From NCBI GenBank assembly GCA_003554185.1, contig PWFU01000107.1:2980-66979 (forward strand): 64,000 bases of DNA. The letters are read 5' to 3'. The DNA is from Candidatus Dojkabacteria bacterium (GTDB lineage Bacteria > Patescibacteriota > Dojkabacteria > SC72 > T1SED10-24). Under the pieces are notes generated by a model, which worked only from the letters and a program-made list of their open reading frames with translations, searched no databases and had not been told where the DNA came from. Positions 20,051 through 30,186 of the stretch are shown piece after piece. The translations under genes were made by a program, and so were the position numbers. Positions within the stretch are counted from its first letter, which is position 1; each line of letters begins with the position of its first letter.

Positions 20051-20611
20051 TTATCCCCTGTTAAACGATTTAGCATCGTATATATACAAGTAATTATTGT
20101 CGCTTAATTTTTCCTTCTTTTTTTCCCTTACCTCTGGAAAAGGATATCTATATGAATATATTTTAATATTTTCGTCTATTTCTTCTTTTAGTAATCTTTT
20201 GTATACACTTTTCATGGCTTTTGAACTTAGAAAACAATATATTTTGTCTGCTACTGGTAAATTAGATCTTTCGAGAAAGTTTTTGGGCACTATAACGATG
20301 TTTTTTCTGATTCTGGGTTTGAAGAGTTTAATTATTCTTGAAATAAAAATTCCTGCAGGTGAAATTTCATAACCAAAGCCTTTTACTCCATATTTTTTTG
20401 CAGCTTCTATTAAAAATATTCCATAACCCGAGCCTAGGTCTAATAGAATTTCTCCTTTTTTAAGATCCATTTTCTCCATTATTTCACTCCTAATATTTTT
20501 TGGAGTTGAGACGATAGGTGCTAACAGTAGTGATATTAACAAAGAAATGAATACACCCAGCAGTGCCAAGGTTAAAACTATTATAATTGCTACATAAATC
20601 CCCTGTTCCAT
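20051..20611 (-). CDS. Membrane-anchored class I SAM-dependent methyltransferase
   Basis: N-terminal TM, APIVST, LDLGSGYG, GYEIS. Confidence 0.85.
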   Translation of the reverse strand: MEQGIYVAIIIVLTLALLGVFISLLISLLLAPIVSTPKNIRSEIMEKMDLKKGEILLDLGSGYGIFLIEAAKKYGVKGFGYEISPAGIFISRIIKLFKPRIRKNIVIVPKNFLERSNLPVADKIYCFLSSKAMKSVYKRLLKEEIDENIKIYSYRYPFPEVREKKKEKLSDNNYLYIYDAKSFNRG

Positions 20612-20691
20612 ATTTACACATATTTAGATTATGTATTAATTTTATTATAAATTTGATATATTTACTACCATCTTTTTTAATTTTCTTTTTT

Positions 20692-21267
20692 ATGTTGTAC
20701 TATTTCTTGATTTTTTTAATGATAATTATCGGATTTATAGGGGTGTTTTTCTTACTTAGAAGTATAGTTATAATTTTTTCGCTTTTTACTTCTGCTCCCT
20801 ATGTACCTCTTGAGAAGTACTTAATAAAGGAGAGTACGAGATTTTTGAGTCTTAAAAGAGGTGATAGATTTGTTGATATAGGTTCGGGGGATGGACGTGT
20901 TGTCTTTTGGGTTGCAAAGAATTATCCTGAAGTGGAATATTGTAAAGGGATAGAAATAAGTTTGTTGTTAAATTTGGCGAGCAGATTTTTAAGGTTATTT
21001 TCTTGTAACAAAGAAAGGATAGTTTTTGAACGAAGAAATGCATTTAAGTGTGACTTTCGAAAAGAAAACAAAGTTTTTATATATCTCCTGAAAGATACTG
21101 TTGATAAATTAATGCCTGTGCTTGAAAAGCAACTTCCTAGCGGGGCAAAAGTTGTTTCCCCTCTTTTTACTATAGATCAAAAATATGAAAAATCCGGAGA
21201 TCTTAGTGTGAAGGAAGTTATATTTCGTGGTAAGATTAGGAAGATATATATTTGGACTAAAAAATAA
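20692..21267 (+). CDS. Membrane-anchored class I SAM-dependent methyltransferase (paralog)
   Basis: N-terminal TM, APYVP, VDIGSGDGRV, GIEIS, VFIYL; ATG 20692 avoids overlap with the divergent gene. Confidence 0.85.
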   Translation: MLYYFLIFLMIIIGFIGVFFLLRSIVIIFSLFTSAPYVPLEKYLIKESTRFLSLKRGDRFVDIGSGDGRVVFWVAKNYPEVEYCKGIEISLLLNLASRFLRLFSCNKERIVFERRNAFKCDFRKENKVFIYLLKDTVDKLMPVLEKQLPSGAKVVSPLFTIDQKYEKSGDLSVKEVIFRGKIRKIYIWTKK

Positions 21268-21273
21268 AGGGTT

Positions 21274-21960
21274 ATGTATAACGGTATTTTGTTAATTAAC
21301 AAACCAGTCGATTTAACTTCTTATGATGTAATTCGCAGAATTAAACCAAGCTTGCCTAAAAAGCAGAAAATTGGGCATGCTGGTTCTCTAGATCCTTTTG
21401 CTACTGGTTTACTTATTGTAACTTTGGGCAAAGCAACAAAGCTTTTTGATAGATTCCAAGAACTTCCTAAGCAATACTTAGTAACCGGAGAGTTTGGTTA
21501 TGAAACAGACACTCAAGATTCCACGGGTAAAAAAATCTTAAATGACCCAGACTATGCAAAAAAGATTAATAAAGAAAAAATAGAGAATATTTTGCAAAAT
21601 TTCAAAGGAGAGATCTATCAAAAGCCGCCAAAATATTCTGCTAAGCGTATACAGGGAAAAAGGGCTTATGAATTAGCTAGGGAGCAAAAAGATTTTGGCA
21701 TTGAAAAAAAGAAAGTATTTATATATGAAATTAAACTAAAAGATTATTCCAAAAATAATTTCACTCTTGAGATAGAATCCTCCAAAGGAACGTATATTCG
21801 TACAGTTGTTGTTGATATAGCTAGGGAGCTTGATACTTATGCTACACCTATTTCTCTTACTAGAATAGCTATCGGAGAGTATAGTTTAAAAGACTCAGTT
21901 GACTTAAATGAGTTGGAAATAGAAAAGGATTTAGTTGATTTAAAGGATGTTTATTTATGA
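21274..21960 (+). CDS. truB: tRNA pseudouridine(55) synthase
   Basis: KIGHAGSLDPFATGLL, ETDTQD, PPKYSA, SKGTYIR. Confidence 0.95.
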   Translation: MYNGILLINKPVDLTSYDVIRRIKPSLPKKQKIGHAGSLDPFATGLLIVTLGKATKLFDRFQELPKQYLVTGEFGYETDTQDSTGKKILNDPDYAKKINKEKIENILQNFKGEIYQKPPKYSAKRIQGKRAYELAREQKDFGIEKKKVFIYEIKLKDYSKNNFTLEIESSKGTYIRTVVVDIARELDTYATPISLTRIAIGEYSLKDSVDLNELEIEKDLVDLKDVYL

Positions 21961-22658
21961 ATCACGGAAAACTATATATTGTATCAACACCAATAGGTAA
22001 TCTTGATGATATGACATTTAGGGCTGTTGAAACTTTGAAGGCGGTAGATATAATTTTAGCCGAAGATACTAGACATACTTCTAAGCTTTTAAACCACTTT
22101 GATATTGGTACCAAACTTTTTTCTTATAGAGATCAAAACCATTCTAAAGTTTTTAGAAAAATTCAAGATTTTCTTGATTCAGGTATGAATTTAGCACTTG
22201 TCTCAGATTCAGGAACGCCTTTAATCTCGGATCCTGGTTTCAAACTCGTTCGAGGTTTAAGGGATGCTGGATATGAACTTGTACCTATCCCTGGCTGTAG
22301 CGCTTTGACAGCAGCTCTCTCTATTAGTGGTATTCCTACGGATGCTTTCACTTTTTTGGGGTTTCTTCCTAAGTCATCTGGGAAAATTACTTCCATATTA
22401 AAAAAATACAGTGATTTAGAAACAACCTTAATTCTCTATGAATCTCCTTTTAGAGTTAACAAGTTGTTGAAATATATAGTGGATGTTTTGGGAGGTAATA
22501 GGATGGTTTTTATCGGTAATGAACTTACTAAAATAAATGAGAAATGTTTTTATGGTAAAGCCTCAGAGATATTGGAGACATTGGGATATACAAAACTAAA
22601 AGGCGAAATAGTAGTAATTATATCTAAGCAAGAAAAATCTTCTCGTAATTTTGATTAG
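21957..22658 (+). CDS. rsmI: 16S rRNA C1402 2'-O-methyltransferase
   Basis: LYIVSTPIGNLDD, AEDTR, VSDSGTPLISDPG, YESP, ELTK. Confidence 0.96.
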   Translation: MNHGKLYIVSTPIGNLDDMTFRAVETLKAVDIILAEDTRHTSKLLNHFDIGTKLFSYRDQNHSKVFRKIQDFLDSGMNLALVSDSGTPLISDPGFKLVRGLRDAGYELVPIPGCSALTAALSISGIPTDAFTFLGFLPKSSGKITSILKKYSDLETTLILYESPFRVNKLLKYIVDVLGGNRMVFIGNELTKINEKCFYGKASEILETLGYTKLKGEIVVIISKQEKSSRNFD

Positions 22659-23502
22659 TTACATCAAGAACTTTCTCAAGCTCAGTATTCTTTATTTCAG
22701 ATACTACTTGGGCTATTTCTAATGTATCTGAAGGTTGTCCAAAATTAATATTTCTTTTTTTATCTTTCCTTACATTATCTGTCGGTAAGAATGGCGCATC
22801 TGTTTCTAATAAAACTTTCTCTAATGGAGTTTTTGCTAGTGTATCACGTATGTTCTGTCCACTTTTGTATGTCAAAATTGCATTAAATCCGATATACAAT
22901 CCCATATCTAAGAAATCTTGGAGATATTTTTCTCCTCCCGCATAACAATGCATACATCCTTTCGTTTGCATTTCTCCTTCAGTTATTAAAATTTCTCGCA
23001 TTTCTTTTATACAATAATCAGAATTTATCTCATCTCTGGCGTGTATTGTTATTGGTAATTTATTATCATTTGCTAGTTTTATCTGCTCTCTAAAAGCCAT
23101 TTTTTGTATTTCAATAATTTTCTCTTTTTCAGAAAATTCTAAATCATTCCTATCCATTAAATCATGGTATTCTAATCCGCATTCTCCTATTGCATAAACA
23201 CAACTTTTATTTTTCTTGTGTATTTCTCTAAGCTCATTTATGAGTTTTTTAACATCTTCGTATTCCTTAGAAAAAAAATGATGGTTTTTAAATTCTTGAG
23301 GGTGTATTCCTATAGCGTTTTGTATTAATTTAGGATATTTATTTTGAAATTCTTTATGTATATCTATTACCTTATACGAACTCTCTATATTGTTAGATGT
23401 ATTAAGTAAATATTTACCACCGTTTTTCACAAAGTTATCCAATGCTTGTTCTCTATAGTTATACAACGGTTCTATTGTTAGATGTGTATGCGAGTCGTGC
23501 AT
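22624..23502 (-). CDS. tatD: TatD-family metal-dependent nuclease
   Basis: DSHTH, GIHP, IGECGL, IHAR, HCY, LETDAPFL. Confidence 0.92.
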   Translation of the reverse strand: MHDSHTHLTIEPLYNYREQALDNFVKNGGKYLLNTSNNIESSYKVIDIHKEFQNKYPKLIQNAIGIHPQEFKNHHFFSKEYEDVKKLINELREIHKKNKSCVYAIGECGLEYHDLMDRNDLEFSEKEKIIEIQKMAFREQIKLANDNKLPITIHARDEINSDYCIKEMREILITEGEMQTKGCMHCYAGGEKYLQDFLDMGLYIGFNAILTYKSGQNIRDTLAKTPLEKVLLETDAPFLPTDNVRKDKKRNINFGQPSDTLEIAQVVSEIKNTELEKVLDVTNQNYEKIFLA

Positions 23503-23641
23503 ATTATTTTCTTAACCATAATTTAGGATACCAGGCTTTTTCATTCAGGGGAGCAATGCTATACATAACATTAAAAAACTTTAAACGAAGTACCAAAATA
23601 CCTTTCATATGTTTATTTGGAATTTAGTACTCAACAATAGA

Positions 23642-24007
23642 TCAATATCCAGTGAAACCGTCTGTACTATCCCACTCTTCTTTTGATTTTTCAGATTCCT
23701 CTTTTTTACTTGCCCCTTTATTATTATTGCTCTCACCATTCATTTCGTTAAGTACTTTCTTAATGTATGACTTATCACCTGTTCTATATGCTTCCAAAAG
23801 TTTTTCTTCCTCAACCTGCGCTACAGCCTTTTCTAACTCTTTTACTTTCTTTTTACTCGCCTCTAAAATATCTCTCAACTTACTCAAATTTTTCTCCTTT
23901 GTGTATTGCTGAACGATATCGCCGGATTTATTTTCTTTACTCATAGGACTTGTTTTTATTGAAAATTTAACTGTTTTGAGTTTAGTATCTTCGGAATGTG
24001 ATGTCAA
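23642..24007 (-). CDS. Hypothetical coiled-coil protein
   Basis: 121-aa ORF with a coiled-coil stretch; start codon uncertain (TTG 24007 or a downstream ATG). Confidence 0.6.
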   Translation of the reverse strand: MTSHSEDTKLKTVKFSIKTSPMSKENKSGDIVQQYTKEKNLSKLRDILEASKKKVKELEKAVAQVEEEKLLEAYRTGDKSYIKKVLNEMNGESNNNKGASKKEESEKSKEEWDSTDGFTGY

Positions 24008-24042
24008 TTTTTATTATAGCCTGGAGTAAAATAGTTTCGCTT

Positions 24043-25014
24043 TTATTTTTTTAGGACATAATATGTTTGCCTTGCCTTTCCTTTTCTTTCAATCAAGCCC
24101 ATTTCAATAAGTTGGTTATAGTCTACTACTCTTGTGGATTTCTTTCTTTTAGTTATTTGTGAATATTCATTATCATTTATACTTCCATGTTTTTTAATAT
24201 GTCTCAAAAGCTTTTCTTGGTCCTTGTTCAATTTTAACTTTTTATCAAATTTTTGACCCTCGATATTTTTGTGCAAATTTTCAAATTCACTAAGCACTAG
24301 ACAAGTAAAATATTCAAGCCATGGTGTAAAATCTAATTTATGTCTAATCTTGTAATAGTCCCCTAGAGCGATAACTTTCTGAAAATACTTCTCTTGCTCC
24401 TTTCTGTAGCGACTCTCTAAACTTAATAATTCGAAAAATTTAAAATCTCTTTGAGCCAAAAGAATTCTTGTTAGAATTTGTGCAGCTCTACTATTTCCGT
24501 CTTCAAAGGGAGAAATTAAGAGAAATTGTTTATGAAATATTCCAGCAAGGATTAATGGGTCCATATTTTGATTAATCTCTGTGTATTTGAGAAGCGATTT
24601 TAAAAATCTTTTAGTATCCTTATGACTTGGTGGTGTGTAAATAGTTTGGTTTGTTTTAGTATTTTGGTAACTAGTGGGTTTGTTCCTAATCCTGCCTGCC
24701 GGTACGTTGTTAGGATTGTCCTTTAGTAAACGCTCATGAGTTAAGCAGACTAATTTAATATCCAAATTTTGTTTTTTGAATGTATTTATATCTACAAGAG
24801 CCTTATGATAATTTTCAACCTTATTGTCGGTGGAGTCGTTTTTTGCATTTTTAGGGGCAACACTATGTGCATTTTTTTCGTTTACTTGCTCTTTTATCTT
24901 TGTGTATATAGGGTTAGGTAAAGCTTCACCTTCTAACTTCCCAATTGTCCTATATATCTCCGCGAGATTGTATAGAAGTTTTTGGGATATTTCATATCTG
25001 GGTTCGAATTTCAT
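24043..25014 (-). CDS. Fic-family protein with C-terminal HTH and degenerate Fic motif
   Basis: H.QF..ISPFEDGNSR, DFTPWLEYF, C-terminal winged helix (LIEMGLIERKG). Confidence 0.85.
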   Translation of the reverse strand: MKFEPRYEISQKLLYNLAEIYRTIGKLEGEALPNPIYTKIKEQVNEKNAHSVAPKNAKNDSTDNKVENYHKALVDINTFKKQNLDIKLVCLTHERLLKDNPNNVPAGRIRNKPTSYQNTKTNQTIYTPPSHKDTKRFLKSLLKYTEINQNMDPLILAGIFHKQFLLISPFEDGNSRAAQILTRILLAQRDFKFFELLSLESRYRKEQEKYFQKVIALGDYYKIRHKLDFTPWLEYFTCLVLSEFENLHKNIEGQKFDKKLKLNKDQEKLLRHIKKHGSINDNEYSQITKRKKSTRVVDYNQLIEMGLIERKGKARQTYYVLKK

Positions 25015-25139
25015 GGTTGAATTATAGTCTATGGTTTTAACTAATTCAAATTTTTTAAAACTTGAAAAATTATTGTATTAGAAGTATATTTTTATAGGGG
25101 TTGTGAATCTTTTTTAGAATGATATAATCGCCCTTGTGT

Positions 25140-25865
25140 ATGAAAAGTGATGTTTTTTTGATAATAATAACCATATTATTCGTAGTGACAGGTTCGTTTT
25201 TGTTGTTTTCTGCTTTAAACGAATATAGTTTTGGCGGTAGGGATGTATGTATTGTTGATGGAGTTGAATATGAACAGGGGGAAAAAGTTATTGAATATAG
25301 GGAGGGAAGTGAATGTGTTTGTGCTTCTGGTGGTTTAGTTGAGTGTGTCCCTTTATCTGAAAAAGAAGAATTACAAAGGCAAAGTGCTATTGATGTCTCA
25401 GATTGGGATAATCAAGGGTTGGAATTCGATTATTCTTACGTTGTTGGGTTGTCTGAGACTGATACGGATTTTGATTCTGATGTAAGTTTCCAAGATGTGC
25501 GTTTTGAGGAAGATAATTTAGTGGTAATATTAGAACAGCGTCAATCTTGTCCCGGTTCTGGAAACCCACCACAGCAAGCTGGTTTTTATAATAAAGGAGA
25601 AAATGAACTCTCTTTTTACAATATGGTTAGACGAGTAGATGAGGAAGAAGGTATAGGTTGTATAGTTCGTCTAGAATATGTTTTAGAGGACATGGGGGAT
25701 AGCGATTTGAGCGAGATGGAATTACTTTTTATTGACAATCTTGGAGCAATCACCTCTCCGGATATTTGTTTTTACAATGGCAATGTATATTTTGATGGAG
25801 ATTATTTTGAAAGTGAAGAAGATGAAGTTTGTGTTTGCGAGAATGGAGAGATTAAATGTGAGTAA
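25140..25865 (+). CDS. Membrane-anchored protein with two Cys-rich VWC-like modules
   Basis: N-terminal TM; CIVDGVEYEQGE...CVCASGGLVEC and CFYNGNVYFDGD...CVCENGEIKC. Confidence 0.7.
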   Translation: MKSDVFLIIITILFVVTGSFLLFSALNEYSFGGRDVCIVDGVEYEQGEKVIEYREGSECVCASGGLVECVPLSEKEELQRQSAIDVSDWDNQGLEFDYSYVVGLSETDTDFDSDVSFQDVRFEEDNLVVILEQRQSCPGSGNPPQQAGFYNKGENELSFYNMVRRVDEEEGIGCIVRLEYVLEDMGDSDLSEMELLFIDNLGAITSPDICFYNGNVYFDGDYFESEEDEVCVCENGEIKCE

Positions 25866-25866
25866 T

Positions 25867-27075
25867 CTATCTAATGATATCTCCTTCTTGTCCCAATCTC
25901 CAATATGTTACCCCTGCAATTTTATATTTGTTTGCTAAATTTTGTCTTTGTTTTACCGATTCAGGTGTAGCATAATACAGCTTGCAATGATTACCGTTGC
26001 AGGGATATTCTGCCATCCCCTCTTGAATATCTTCATCATACTTTGTGTCGATGCCTTCTTGCATAAAAATGCTGTCTTGAAGTTGTTGATATGTGTAAGA
26101 GTTTACGTTCAGTATATCAGCGTGAGGTTGGTCATTTTCTAGAACCCATTCATACGAGTAAAGATGTATTCCTAACCAAATTTTATCATTTTGTACTTTA
26201 TCGGTTGTGTATTCCAGGACCCTTTCAACCCAATTGGTTGGTGCTATTGGTCCAGGTTTAGGATCTCTTGGATGTGTAAAGTCATAAGTCATTATTCTTA
26301 GTTGATCAGAGTACTTGGCTATTCTTTCGTAATCTTGAACTTCCCTAGTTTCTGCTAGAGATGTATAGACTACATCATCCCCCCATTTTGGTAGAACAGT
26401 GACTGAAAGGATTTTGTTTTTAGAATCTAGCCTACTTGAGAGCTCTTCCAAAAAGATGAAGAAAGGTTCCTTACTTTCTCTAGAAATAGCTTCATAATCT
26501 AGGTCTATGCCATCATAATTATTTTTCTCCACGACATTCACAATTGCATTTATATGTTTGTCTCTATTTTTTTCATCATTAAGTATATTCTTCATCCTAT
26601 CACTGTCAAAGTCAGATATTGTAGGTATAATACTGATGTTTTTGTACTCTGTTATTTCTCTCAATTCCTGCAATTTAGTATCTAAACGTGGATTTAGAGA
26701 CCCATCTGAGTTTATAGAAAAAGTTACTGGAGAAATATTATCAAATTCTGTTTTAAATCCTCTAAGTGATTCTATCCCATTATTATAATCCCACGGAGGG
26801 ATCCACCCTGCTTGCTTAAGTGTCTTTGTTTTTCCCTTCTCTTCTTCGGGTTCACAATTTATACAGTCTTGTTGGGTTGATTCTATGGAACTTTCTCCTT
26901 TACCAGAGTCTTCTTGTTGCACTAAGGGTATCATTTCTTCTTGGGTTACGGATTCAATATCTTTGTCTTCTGTACTTCTTGTAGATAGATTTTGGTAATC
27001 AATCCATAGAAATATGCCAATTAAGGGCACGATAACTAGAAAAACTATTGTTAAAACCGTGAGTTTATTGCTCAT
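25867..27075 (-). CDS. Membrane-anchored glycoside hydrolase family 18 protein
   Basis: YDGIDLDYE (DxxDxDxE), MTYD, IWLGI..Y, WRLGQE. Confidence 0.9.
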   Translation of the reverse strand: MSNKLTVLTIVFLVIVPLIGIFLWIDYQNLSTRSTEDKDIESVTQEEMIPLVQQEDSGKGESSIESTQQDCINCEPEEEKGKTKTLKQAGWIPPWDYNNGIESLRGFKTEFDNISPVTFSINSDGSLNPRLDTKLQELREITEYKNISIIPTISDFDSDRMKNILNDEKNRDKHINAIVNVVEKNNYDGIDLDYEAISRESKEPFFIFLEELSSRLDSKNKILSVTVLPKWGDDVVYTSLAETREVQDYERIAKYSDQLRIMTYDFTHPRDPKPGPIAPTNWVERVLEYTTDKVQNDKIWLGIHLYSYEWVLENDQPHADILNVNSYTYQQLQDSIFMQEGIDTKYDEDIQEGMAEYPCNGNHCKLYYATPESVKQRQNLANKYKIAGVTYWRLGQEGDIIR

Positions 27076-27097
27076 CTGCCCAATTATATTCTAAAAA

Positions 27098-28921
27098 TTA
27101 TTTTTTGGGAATTTCTAAATCTTCAGCGATCTCATTAAAAATGTTTATCCAAACGGGAACCGCTGTTGTGGCAGCATATATGTCGGTTTGTGGTTCTCTT
27201 AACTTAACGAGCATAATCATTTCTGCATCTTTTGTTGGAGAAAATCCTACAAAGGTGGCATTTGTTTTGTCATCGTAATAACCTGGCTCATCTCTCTTGG
27301 GAATTTGGGCTGTACCAGTTTTACCCGCTATTTCATAATCTTTACTCTCTAATTCTCGTTTGAATATATATCTTGCTTCCCCTTCAGTTACAACGTTGCC
27401 CATATAATCTGCAACGGTATTAGCTGTTTCTTCAGAGATTGGGGAGTTCATTTTAGAAGGGCTATATCTTATTACATCCTCCTCCTCTACTACTTTAGAA
27501 ACTATATAGGGTCTCATTCTTTCTCCATTGTTAGCAAACGGACTTAATGCCGAGATTATTTGCAGGGAGTTAGCTGAAATAGATTGTCCAAAAGAAGTAA
27601 CTGCCAGATCCAACTCTGTCCATTCTTCATATGGCTTTAAGTAACTGTTTGATTCATCTTCAAGCCCTACACCAATGAAGTTCCCTATCCCAAAATTTCT
27701 TAATCCCTGGTAGTAACTTTCTAATCCTACTTTCATACCGATTTTAGCAATACAGGGGTTGTTTGATTCAGATAGAATTTCTGAAAGACTCAGTTTGCCT
27801 GATGGGTTTTTATCCCAGGTATGGATTGTTTCCCCACCCACAGTTATTTGCCCAGTTTGGTCGTGGCATATGTAATCGGTGTCAATAGCATCTTCTTCTA
27901 ATGCGAGGGCCAATGTTATTGGTTTGTGTGTTGAACCGTATTCGTATACGTCTGCTACTGCTCGATTTTTGAATATTTCTTTATTACCTATTTTCCAATA
28001 CTCATTGGGATTAAAGTCTGGATAATTAGCCATTGCTATGATTGCACCGGTTTCTGGATTCATGATTATTGCAGAACCACTTTTAGCTCTATGCTCGTGA
28101 ACTCCTTCTCTTAGAACATCCTCAACTTTTGACTGTATAGGTGGGTCTATTGTTAATTTAATATCCTTCCCTTCGCGTGATATTACTGGCTCGTACTCTA
28201 CTGTGAGGATTACATTTCCTTGTGCATCTTTTTCTTCGTAACTATATGTATCATGTCCAGTTATATCACCCCAATAGTATCCTTCAATCCCGTAATTTCC
28301 TCGGTCTTCTCCTTCTTCCGTTTTGCCTGTGAAACCAAGTACATGTGAGGCTAATCTGCCATCGGGATATAATCGGTTCTCTTGTTGTTCAAAGTGTAAG
28401 CCAAAACCCTGTGTTCCTTCTCCGAAAATATTTGTCTCTTCCAAGGCCTTCTTTTGGTCATTACTAACTCCGTCCTTTATTGGAAAATAGACAAAATCTT
28501 CGGTTATTTGCTCTTCTATTTTCTTCTCTTCGATATCAAGTATATTTGAAACCTTCATTACAAATTTGTCTTTGTTCTCAAAAAATAATTCCCTTTCACG
28601 TTCACTATTGCTTAAATTTGCATATACACCCCAAGAAGGTTCGTCTATGGCTAGTACAGAACCATCCGCAGCATACACGATACCACGCCCGCTGGCGCTT
28701 CTTTGTTTTTGTGTATATTGTTGTGTTGCTAATGTTTGAAATTTTTCAGTTTCTATAACCTGCCATCTAAATACCTGTGCAATTATTAATCCAGAGAAAA
28801 TTATTATACCTATGGTTATCCATAATATGTTTTTTTGAAACATATCCTCCCAAGAGGATTTTTGCTCCTTTTTACCTATCTTAGGATTAAGTTTTTTTGT
28901 TGGTACCTTGCGTTTTTGCAT
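27098..28921 (-). CDS. ftsI: Class B penicillin-binding protein (FtsI/PBP2 type)
   Basis: RG....DG..LA, RLYP, GIEGYY, STHK, SNN, KTGTAQ; follows mraZ-rsmH-ftsL. Confidence 0.9.
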   Translation of the reverse strand: MQKRKVPTKKLNPKIGKKEQKSSWEDMFQKNILWITIGIIIFSGLIIAQVFRWQVIETEKFQTLATQQYTQKQRSASGRGIVYAADGSVLAIDEPSWGVYANLSNSERERELFFENKDKFVMKVSNILDIEEKKIEEQITEDFVYFPIKDGVSNDQKKALEETNIFGEGTQGFGLHFEQQENRLYPDGRLASHVLGFTGKTEEGEDRGNYGIEGYYWGDITGHDTYSYEEKDAQGNVILTVEYEPVISREGKDIKLTIDPPIQSKVEDVLREGVHEHRAKSGSAIIMNPETGAIIAMANYPDFNPNEYWKIGNKEIFKNRAVADVYEYGSTHKPITLALALEEDAIDTDYICHDQTGQITVGGETIHTWDKNPSGKLSLSEILSESNNPCIAKIGMKVGLESYYQGLRNFGIGNFIGVGLEDESNSYLKPYEEWTELDLAVTSFGQSISANSLQIISALSPFANNGERMRPYIVSKVVEEEDVIRYSPSKMNSPISEETANTVADYMGNVVTEGEARYIFKRELESKDYEIAGKTGTAQIPKRDEPGYYDDKTNATFVGFSPTKDAEMIMLVKLREPQTDIYAATTAVPVWINIFNEIAEDLEIPKK

Positions 28922-28929
28922 ATAGTTGA

Positions 28930-29286
28930 TTATAGTTCAGCTATAATTGACTCGTTTGCAACTCGAATTTGTGCCTTTTCAGCCCTATATTCAAGATCTA
29001 TCTCCTCTCCTGCTATTTCTCTAATAATGCTAACAGATTTAATTCTCGCAATCTCTTGAGATATATTTCGATTATCTTCGATTAAAGTCCTTTTTTCGTT
29101 ATTAAGTTTTTCTAATTCAACACCTTTAGGGACTAATAGTGCATTAAGAGCTAGCTGTACCCCGAGGAATAGGACGAATAAGATGATTGCTCCCACAAGG
29201 CCTCTGTGGAAAAGGGAGTCTATTAGTCTCTCCTCTCTTACAGGGAACAAAGTTTTCAGTTTTCTATGATATTTTTTAAAAAACAT
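28930..29286 (-). CDS. ftsL: FtsL-like cell division protein
   Basis: One TM plus coiled coil, located between rsmH and ftsI. Confidence 0.65.
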   Translation of the reverse strand: MFFKKYHRKLKTLFPVREERLIDSLFHRGLVGAIILFVLFLGVQLALNALLVPKGVELEKLNNEKRTLIEDNRNISQEIARIKSVSIIREIAGEEIDLEYRAEKAQIRVANESIIAEL

Positions 29287-29319
29287 GGGCAGTTTTTTTT
29301 ATATATATTTAATTTTTAT

Positions 29320-30186
29320 TTATTTCTCTAAAATTCTCATTTTTGCGCTCCTTGCTCTCGGATTGATCCGAGCCTCTTCTTCAGAGGGCATTACTAATTT
29401 ATGTTTTCCTTTGGAATTGAAAAATTTTTTCACAATTCTGTCTTCCAAAGAATGAAAAGATATAACGACTATCCTTCCTCTCTTTTTTAAAAGATCGTAG
29501 GTCTCTTCAAGACCTTTTTCTAAATTTCCTAGTTCATTGTTTACAGCTATCCGCAGGGCTTGGAAAACCCTGCGGGATGGATGTTTGAATTTATCTTGGT
29601 GTGCTGCCGGTACAGCTCCTGAGATAATGTTGTTTAAGTCTTCTACTGTGTTTATTTTGTCTATTTTGTTCTTAATGTGCTTTGCAATTCTCTTTGCATT
29701 TTTTTCTTCTCCAAATTCTTTTATTATCCTTCCTAATTCCTTCTCATCGTAAAACCTTAATATATCGACTGCCTTCGCGTTTAGTTGTGTGTCCATCCTC
29801 ATATCCAAATCTTGGCTACCCTCTAGGTAGCTAAAGCCTCTTCCCGAAGCCTCGAGCTGCCTAGAGGAAAGCCCTAAATCCATTAAAAAACCATCTACTT
29901 CAGATATGTCGAGAATCTCTAGGAGCTCTTTTATATTTTTAAAATTTTCTTTTTTAATGATCCAATTTTTATTTTTCTCCCTAATTTTTTTATAATATTC
30001 CTTTACAAATTCAACCGCTTCTAAATCTGTATCAATACTAATTAGTTTCCCATTCTCATTTAAATATTTCAGTATTTCTACACTATGCTCCCCTTCCCCT
30101 AATGTGCAATCCACGTATGTTCCACTTACCTTTATGTTTAAATTTTCTATTGCCTCTTTAAGTAATACGGCTTTATGATATTTCAT
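29320..30186 (-). CDS. rsmH: 16S rRNA m4C1402 methyltransferase
   Basis: H.AVLLKE, DCTLGEGEHS, DLGLSSRQL, LDMRMD, FQALRIAVN, FHSLEDRIVK, NPRARSAK. Confidence 0.97.
   Translation of the reverse strand: MKYHKAVLLKEAIENLNIKVSGTYVDCTLGEGEHSVEILKYLNENGKLISIDTDLEAVEFVKEYYKKIREKNKNWIIKKENFKNIKELLEILDISEVDGFLMDLGLSSRQLEASGRGFSYLEGSQDLDMRMDTQLNAKAVDILRFYDEKELGRIIKEFGEEKNAKRIAKHIKNKIDKINTVEDLNNIISGAVPAAHQDKFKHPSRRVFQALRIAVNNELGNLEKGLEETYDLLKKRGRIVVISFHSLEDRIVKKFFNSKGKHKLVMPSEEEARINPRARSAKMRILEK

Noticed and set aside
23504-23608. 34-codon minus-strand ORF ending 1 nt before tatD, or a structured RNA in this gap
   Set aside because: No recognisable motif or convincing stem; compatible with chance.
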